DNA of 64,000 nt from Gammaproteobacteria bacterium. GTDB taxonomy: Bacteria > Pseudomonadota > Gammaproteobacteria > Steroidobacterales > UBA11654. A model generated the notes under the pieces. That model worked only from the letters and a program-made list of their open reading frames with translations, did not search any database and was not told the DNA's origin. Both the position numbers and the translations under genes were made by a program. The DNA lies in the NCBI GenBank assembly GCA_029242945.1, contig JAQWSZ010000004.1, forward strand, positions 8,671 through 72,670, in the 5' to 3' direction. This document shows, one piece after another, positions 58,634-64,000 of this stretch. How positions within the stretch are numbered: position 1 is the first letter of the stretch; every line of letters begins with the position of its first letter.

Positions 58634-58802
58634 TTGGATTCCTGATTTAAATAAGATTGTTAGTTATTTTATAGATTACTGGAAATAAAATCTTAATTTT
58701 GATGACTGATTTTCAGTATTAGATTTAATACAGCATAAACAATTACTCATAAATGTATTAAGATACTTCTAATTTAGTGTAGTTTTTTTAGAGGAGACAA
58801 CA

Positions 58803-60299
58803 ATGGTTTTTAATGACATGAGAGATTACATCCAGCACTTAAGAGATCGAGAGCAGCTGATAGATGTGAATACTGAATTGAATGTGGCTAGGGAAACTAC
58901 TGAACTGCAGCCATTGATGAGACATTTGCATAATATTAATGGCCCAGCACTTATGCTAAATAATTTGTCTGGGTATAATACTAATGATATCCCTGTTTTA
59001 TTTAACCCCTATGGTACGAGAGAAAGAACTTCTATGATTCTGGGGGAAGAGGGTGCGTTTGACGGGAAAGTTAAACATGCGAGCGTTCTGACTAATCCGT
59101 CCAGTTGGCTTAAACCAAATTGTATTGATTCATCATCAGCTTCCTGTAAAGATGTTAAAATTGAGAAAAAAGACATCAATATTGGTAAGCAAATCCCTCA
59201 TGTATGGTTTGGGAAAGAAGGACCTTCTTATATTACCAATGCCATCGTCATTACTAAAGATCCAGAAACTGGTATCCCAAATACAGGATGTTACCGATTA
59301 ACACAATTGTGGAATGCATCGCATCCAAATGGTGAAGTTTATTCTGAAGAAGAGCAGAGACAATGCCTTTCTATTTTTGCTTTCTGGAACCCACCTGGAA
59401 ACCATATCGGCTTACATTGGGCTAAAGCGCAAGAAATGAATAAACCACTAGAGGTTGCTATAGCTTGCGTTGTCGATCCTGTCATACAATTGGCCAGTGC
59501 CACTGGCATACCTTTCGGCTTAGATGAAATGGATTTTGCAGGTGGTTTGAGAGGCAAACCTGTTGATGTTGTTAAATGTGAAACTGTTGATATTGAAGTC
59601 CCAGCCACTGCAGAATGGGTTCTTGAGGGTAAATTTCTTCCCAATAGAGATGTTACAATAGGTCCTCATTCCAATCCTGTTGGTTATTATGATGATGCTC
59701 AGTTATTTCCTTTGATTGAATTGGATTGCATTACACACAGAAAGGATCCTATATGGTATGCCACAATGGAAATGGAACCTCCATTTGATCATAATTACAT
59801 GGCTTGCCTTCCCATGGAAGGAGAACTATTGAGTGATTTACAATCTAAGATACCAGAAGTTAAAGATGTTGTTGTTACTCCAAATCTTAGTTATTTTATA
59901 CAACTGTCTGTGGATGGGCCTCAAAAACCTCATCCAGAATTTGGTAAGCATGTGCTCCATGCTGTCTGGGGAGCTAGCGGTAGATGGGGTAGAACAGCAA
60001 AAGTGATAGTTGTTGTTGGCCCTGACGTTAATCCCTATGATCTATCAGAAATTGAATGGGCTATTCAGACAAGAGTTCAACCAATTACTGATACTATAAT
60101 GAATAAATCAGGACAAGCATTCTTGATGGATCCATCGGCACCAAAGGATCCAGGCCATGGAATTGCACTTCAGTCTGAGCAGATTGGTATCGATGCTACG
60201 ATAAAAGTTTTTGAGCGTTTTACCTCTTACCCAGAGTACAGTAATGCAAAACCTGAGGATGTTGCTCTTATTGCAGAGAAGTTAAAAGATATTTTTTAG
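58803..60299 (+). CDS. UbiD-family (prFMN-dependent) decarboxylase homologue, atypical active-site motif
   Basis: 498 aa. MRDYIQHL...N-terminus, NTGCYRLTQ (G.YR), DEMDFAGGLRGKPVDVVKCETVDIEVPATAEWVLEG, then IGPHSNPVGYY in place of the usual EGPFGE/DxxGYY. SD agaggaga upstream. Confidence 0.9.
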   Translation: MVFNDMRDYIQHLRDREQLIDVNTELNVARETTELQPLMRHLHNINGPALMLNNLSGYNTNDIPVLFNPYGTRERTSMILGEEGAFDGKVKHASVLTNPSSWLKPNCIDSSSASCKDVKIEKKDINIGKQIPHVWFGKEGPSYITNAIVITKDPETGIPNTGCYRLTQLWNASHPNGEVYSEEEQRQCLSIFAFWNPPGNHIGLHWAKAQEMNKPLEVAIACVVDPVIQLASATGIPFGLDEMDFAGGLRGKPVDVVKCETVDIEVPATAEWVLEGKFLPNRDVTIGPHSNPVGYYDDAQLFPLIELDCITHRKDPIWYATMEMEPPFDHNYMACLPMEGELLSDLQSKIPEVKDVVVTPNLSYFIQLSVDGPQKPHPEFGKHVLHAVWGASGRWGRTAKVIVVVGPDVNPYDLSEIEWAIQTRVQPITDTIMNKSGQAFLMDPSAPKDPGHGIALQSEQIGIDATIKVFERFTSYPEYSNAKPEDVALIAEKLKDIF

Positions 60300-60326
60300 T
60301 ACTGCATTTAATTACAGTTAAAAATG

Positions 60327-60355
60327 AAAAAAAGGCCCAATATTTGGGCCTTTTT
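60327..60355. terminator. Bidirectional rho-independent terminator between convergent genes
   Basis: AAAAAAA-GGCCCAA-TAT-TTGGGCC-TTTTT. A-tract and T-tract flank a 7-bp GC-rich stem. Confidence 0.85.
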
Positions 60356-60375
60356 AATTAAAAAATCTTTATTTT

Positions 60376-60981
60376 TTACATAAAGAAACCATGACCAGCA
60401 CCAACCATACTCATTAACATGGGTATTGATAGCATAGTGTTAGTTCTTGAAGCTAGAAATGCTATTCTAGCACCTTTGGCTTTTTCCTCTGGCGTTGCTT
60501 CAACAATACCAAGAACTTTCTTTTGATTAGGCCAAATGAGAATCCACACATTAAATAACATAATAGTTCCCATCCAAGCACCTATACCAATCGTAGTAGC
60601 ATAAGGATTACCGGTTCTCATACCCAATTCAAAGGCATCTCCTAAGTTACCATTATGTAATAAGAAAGCCGCACCTGAAATCCAGGTTAATAGAGCTGCC
60701 CAACGGAACCATAGCAATGCTCTTGGGGCTACATATTTTGATATTGCCGCTGGACCTGGTCCACCTTCATCTGCATTTGCTTCAGCTACAGATGGAACTT
60801 GAACAAAATTAAAATAGTAAAGCAACCCTATCCAAGCAACACCAGCTAAAACATGGATCCAAATGATTAATGAATTTGCAGCATTAGCACCTGAAAGATC
60901 AGTTCCTTGTGCTATCAAAACAGCAATGACAACTCCTGAAATAATTGTCCCTGTTATTTTATCTAATAGTTTCATTTTCAT
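60376..60981 (-). CDS. Integral membrane protein resembling the membrane domain of PuuD-type urate hydroxylases (no cytochrome c domain)
   Basis: 201 aa, about 5 TM. The block HVLAGVAWIGLLYYFNFVQVP is what I associate with that family. Assignment from memory only. Confidence 0.45.
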   Translation of the reverse strand: MKMKLLDKITGTIISGVVIAVLIAQGTDLSGANAANSLIIWIHVLAGVAWIGLLYYFNFVQVPSVAEANADEGGPGPAAISKYVAPRALLWFRWAALLTWISGAAFLLHNGNLGDAFELGMRTGNPYATTIGIGAWMGTIMLFNVWILIWPNQKKVLGIVEATPEEKAKGARIAFLASRTNTMLSIPMLMSMVGAGHGFFM

Positions 60982-61136
60982 ATAATTACCCCTAAAATTT
61001 TTAAATTAAAAGAAAATTATACCAATTTTTAGAAATAGATGAATAAATAGAAAAATAATCTATTTTTAAAAATAATAAACATTTCTTTGCAGTAAGAATT
61101 TATAATAGTTTTTAGTAATCTGTATTAGGAGAAATA

Positions 61137-61448
61137 ATGGATATAAATGAAAGAATTAAAACTCAATTAAGCGAGTTCCCTTTATTGTTATATATGAAAG
61201 GCACACCTGATTTTCCTCAGTGTGGATTCTCAGCGAAAGTATGTGGAATACTGAAAGCTTCTGAAAAACGATTTGCGTTTGTTAATATTTTAGAGGATCC
61301 AGAAATCAGAGATGGATTAAAAACGTATTCAAATTGGCCAACTTTTCCACAACTATACATTAACGGTGAGCTTGTGGGTGGGTGCGATATTATTGAACAA
61401 ATGTTTGATAATGGTGAATTAAAAACACTACTTGATAATTTAGAATAG
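61137..61448 (+). CDS. grxD: Monothiol glutaredoxin (Grx4/GrxD)
   Basis: 103 aa. CGFS active site, WPTFPQLYINGELVGGCDI. Confidence 0.95.
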   Translation: MDINERIKTQLSEFPLLLYMKGTPDFPQCGFSAKVCGILKASEKRFAFVNILEDPEIRDGLKTYSNWPTFPQLYINGELVGGCDIIEQMFDNGELKTLLDNLE

Positions 61449-61480
61449 AATACTTAAATAATCCTTAGAGGAGAATTTAT

Positions 61481-62785
61481 ATTCCTAGTAAAAACAAAAT
61501 TCTTGTTCCAGATTTGGGAGATTTCGATGATGTAGAAATCATTGATGTCTTTATTGCAGAGGGTGATTATGTCAGTGTTGATGACCCATTAATCACTTTA
61601 GAAACAGAAAAAGCAGCAATGGATATTCCTTCTCCATTTTCAGGAAAAGTCGCTAGTCTTTTTGTTAAAACAGGAACAAATATTAGTGAAGGAGATGATA
61701 TTTGTGAATTAATCACAGATGACAATGATGCTAATGAAGGCTCAAAAGAAAAAATAAGTGAATATACAGAGACTAATAAAAAAGACGATACTCAACAAAC
61801 AGCGACCCAAAAAGAAATCATTGAACAGCCAATCGTATCTGAATCTAGCATAGATAATAAAGTCATTAATAAATCCTTCTCAGGCGTGCATGCCAGTCCT
61901 TCCGTTAGAAAATTAGCAAGAGAATTAGGCGTAGATCTAACCTTGATTCAAGGAACAGGCATGAAAAAAAGAATTCTCCCGGAAGATTTGAAATCACATG
62001 TGAAAGCTATATTGACAGGAGATAAAAAAAATACATCCAATGCTCTACCCAATGTTCCTATTATTGATTTTTCAGTTTTTGGTGAAATAGAAACCGTATC
62101 TCTCAGTCGAATTAAAAAAATATCAGGCCCCCGTTTGCAAGCCAGTTGGATTAATATACCCCATGTAACACAACACGATGAAGCTGATATCAACGAATTG
62201 GAAAAAATAAGAATTGATATGAACAAAAGTGCAAAGGAGGGCAGTATAAAATTATCTATTTTGCCTTTTATTGTTAAAGCTATCACTAATGCTTTATCAA
62301 GGTTTCCAGATTTTAATTCATCGCTCAGCTCTGATGGAAAAAAGCTCATTAAAAAGAAATATATTAATATAGGATTTGCTGCAAATACAGAAAAAGGACT
62401 AATGGTTCCTGTTTTAAAAAATGTTCAGAACAATAGCATTGAAGATATTGCTAAAGAAATGAGTGCATTGAGCGAACGGGCACGATCTGGGAAAATCAGA
62501 ATAGAAGATTTGGAAGGTGGAACTTTTACTATATCCAGTTTGGGTGGTTTTGGTGGAACTGCTTTTACCCCTATCATCAATGCTCCTGAGGTTGCAATAC
62601 TTGGTATAGCGAGAGCGCAAGTCAAACCTATATTTAATAAAGGACAGTTTTTACCAAAACTTATTCTTCCCGTTTCATTATCTTATGATCATCGAGTCAT
62701 CGATGGTGTTGGAGGCATAGAATTTACAACTTATTTGAAAGAGTTGCTAGAAAATCCTGAAACATTCATCAATGAGCCTTCTTAA
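61481..62785 (+). CDS. aceF: Dihydrolipoamide acetyltransferase (2-oxoacid dehydrogenase E2, AceF-type, single lipoyl domain)
   Basis: Lipoyl domain (...LITLETEKAAMDIPSPFSGK), E3-binding domain (HASPSVRKLARELGVDL), catalytic domain (SLSYDHRVIDG). The start is uncertain: only TTG 61514 is canonical, but SD agaggaga (61467-61474) is placed for ATT 61481 (see findings). Confidence 0.85.
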   Translation: MPSKNKILVPDLGDFDDVEIIDVFIAEGDYVSVDDPLITLETEKAAMDIPSPFSGKVASLFVKTGTNISEGDDICELITDDNDANEGSKEKISEYTETNKKDDTQQTATQKEIIEQPIVSESSIDNKVINKSFSGVHASPSVRKLARELGVDLTLIQGTGMKKRILPEDLKSHVKAILTGDKKNTSNALPNVPIIDFSVFGEIETVSLSRIKKISGPRLQASWINIPHVTQHDEADINELEKIRIDMNKSAKEGSIKLSILPFIVKAITNALSRFPDFNSSLSSDGKKLIKKKYINIGFAANTEKGLMVPVLKNVQNNSIEDIAKEMSALSERARSGKIRIEDLEGGTFTISSLGGFGGTAFTPIINAPEVAILGIARAQVKPIFNKGQFLPKLILPVSLSYDHRVIDGVGGIEFTTYLKELLENPETFINEPS

Positions 62786-62788
62786 AAT

Positions 62789-64000
62789 ATGACTAAATTA
62801 ATTATTCCTCAATTAGGTGATTTTGACGCAGTAGAAGTCATTGAAGTTCATATTAAAGAAGGAGATTATATAGAGATAGATGATCCACTAGTGACTTTGG
62901 AGACTGAAAAAGCAGCTATGGATGTTTCTGCTGAATTTAGTGGAAGAATAATATCCTTAAATATTCAATTAGGCGATAAAGTTTCTGAAGGAGATTTAAT
63001 CGGTGAATTACATATTGAGAATAATAAACCAGAAGGCAAACCATCAAGTGATTCAAAAGAAGAAGTGTATGATTTAGTTGTTATTGGTGCTGGACCTGGA
63101 GGATATACAGCAGCATTTAGAGCAGCAGATCTTGGATTAAATGTAGCATTAGTAGATAAGAATTCAAATTTAGGCGGAGTTTGTCTCAATGTTGGTTGCA
63201 TTCCATCAAAGGCTTTTTTGCATGCAGCTAAATTAATAGATGATTCTAAAGAAGCTAATATTGCAGGAGTTAGCTTCAAAGACCCAGAGATTGATATTGA
63301 AAAAATGAAATCTTGGAAAAATAATTTGATTGATGGGTTAACTAATGGTTTAGATTTTCTAGCAAAAAAACGAAATGTTTCCATATTTTTTGGCGAAGCT
63401 TTATTTCAGTCGAAAGAAACACTAAGAATACAGTCAGCATCTGATCAAATAATATTAAGTTTTAAACAATGCATAATCGCAGTAGGCTCTGAACCATTAA
63501 CACTTCCTTTTTTACCAGAAGATCCAAGAGTCATTGATTCAACAGGCGCATTGGACCCTGATCATATTCCTGAGAGCATATTGATCATAGGTGGGGGAAT
63601 TATAGGGCTTGAAATGGCTACCATTTATTCTTCATTAGGGTCCAAGGTGACAATTGTTGAATTAACAAAGAATTTAATGCCAGGAACTGACTCAGATCTC
63701 GTCAGGCCACTTGAAAAATACCTTACAGAGAAATGTAAAGCAATTAAAAAATCAACCCAAGTGATCTCTGGAGAAGCTACAGAAGAGGGTATTGCAATAC
63801 AATTTAAGGAATCAGGTCATATCAACAAAGAAACATTTGATATAGTTTTGGTAGCTATAGGCAGAAAATCCAATGCACCTTTAATTAGTCTAGAAAAAGC
63901 TAGCATTCAGCTAGATAGCAATGGATTTATTGAAGTGGATAATCAAATGAAGACCAATGTTGATAATATTTATGCAATAGGCGATGCAGTTGGTAATCCA
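62789..64000 (+). CDS. lpdA: Dihydrolipoyl dehydrogenase (E3) with an N-terminal lipoyl domain; 3' end outside the window
   Basis: Not in the ORF track (no stop in the window). MTKLIIPQLGDFDAVEVIEV...LETEKAAMDV (lipoyl domain), then YDLVVIGAGPGGYTAAFRAADLG (FAD) and GGVCLNVGCIPSK (redox disulfide), LIIGGGIIGLEMA (NAD). Starts 3 nt after the E2 stop. Confidence 0.9.
   Translation, partial: MTKLIIPQLGDFDAVEVIEVHIKEGDYIEIDDPLVTLETEKAAMDVSAEFSGRIISLNIQLGDKVSEGDLIGELHIENNKPEGKPSSDSKEEVYDLVVIGAGPGGYTAAFRAADLGLNVALVDKNSNLGGVCLNVGCIPSKAFLHAAKLIDDSKEANIAGVSFKDPEIDIEKMKSWKNNLIDGLTNGLDFLAKKRNVSIFFGEALFQSKETLRIQSASDQIILSFKQCIIAVGSEPLTLPFLPEDPRVIDSTGALDPDHIPESILIIGGGIIGLEMATIYSSLGSKVTIVELTKNLMPGTDSDLVRPLEKYLTEKCKAIKKSTQVISGEATEEGIAIQFKESGHINKETFDIVLVAIGRKSNAPLISLEKASIQLDSNGFIEVDNQMKTNVDNIYAIGDAVGNP

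Noticed and set aside
61948-63384. Minus-strand ORFs 61948-62349, 62414-62625 and 62965-63384
   Set aside because: They are antisense to the E2 and E3 genes, whose plus-strand frames carry lipoyl, FAD and redox-disulfide signatures. The E3 ORF is missing from the track only because it has no stop inside the window.

Overview
The window is an AT-rich (by eye about one-third G+C), very gene-dense chromosomal segment. I count about 70 protein-coding genes, with short spacers and many start/stop overlaps. I found no rRNA, tRNA, CRISPR array, transposase, integrase or phage genes. Two genes are absent from the ORF track because they run off the window edges: a ferredoxin-domain 3' end at 3-125 and a lipoyl-domain dihydrolipoyl dehydrogenase at 62789-64000.

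The gene content is: OmpW, YajQ, RhlE, GrxD, a LysR regulator, a 1006-aa TonB-dependent receptor, a PQQ quinohemoprotein alcohol dehydrogenase, BCCT/SSS/DASS/DAACS transporters and many exported hydrolases. This fits a streamlined marine heterotrophic proteobacterium. A SAR86-like gammaproteobacterium is my guess only.

Most of the window is ordinary metabolism and transport: glcB, pyk, ggt, PII, glutathione peroxidase, an M1 peptidase, and PDH E2/E3.

Candidates for something undescribed, in my order of interest:
1. A prFMN module at 55.8-60.3 kb: ubiX tightly coupled to a split-barrel flavoprotein, plus an SDR and a UbiD homologue whose canonical E-x4-E/D acid pair reads I-x4-N.
2. A thiamine-diphosphate enzyme with a clear twin-arginine (Tat) export signal, inside a 7-gene operon of exported and redox enzymes (11.6-17.1 kb).
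3. A CinA/PncC-like::NadD-like fusion protein.
4. A PII gene embedded in a nucleosidase/Na+-symporter operon.
5. A LysR / TonB receptor / gamma-glutamyltransferase / glutamate-type symporter locus.
6. A PDH E2 gene that seems to need an AUU start codon.
7. A pseudoknotted leader with a small upstream ORF (uORF) ahead of ompW.

All functional calls rest on motif and family recognition by eye. No searches or folding programs were run, and start codons are approximate.
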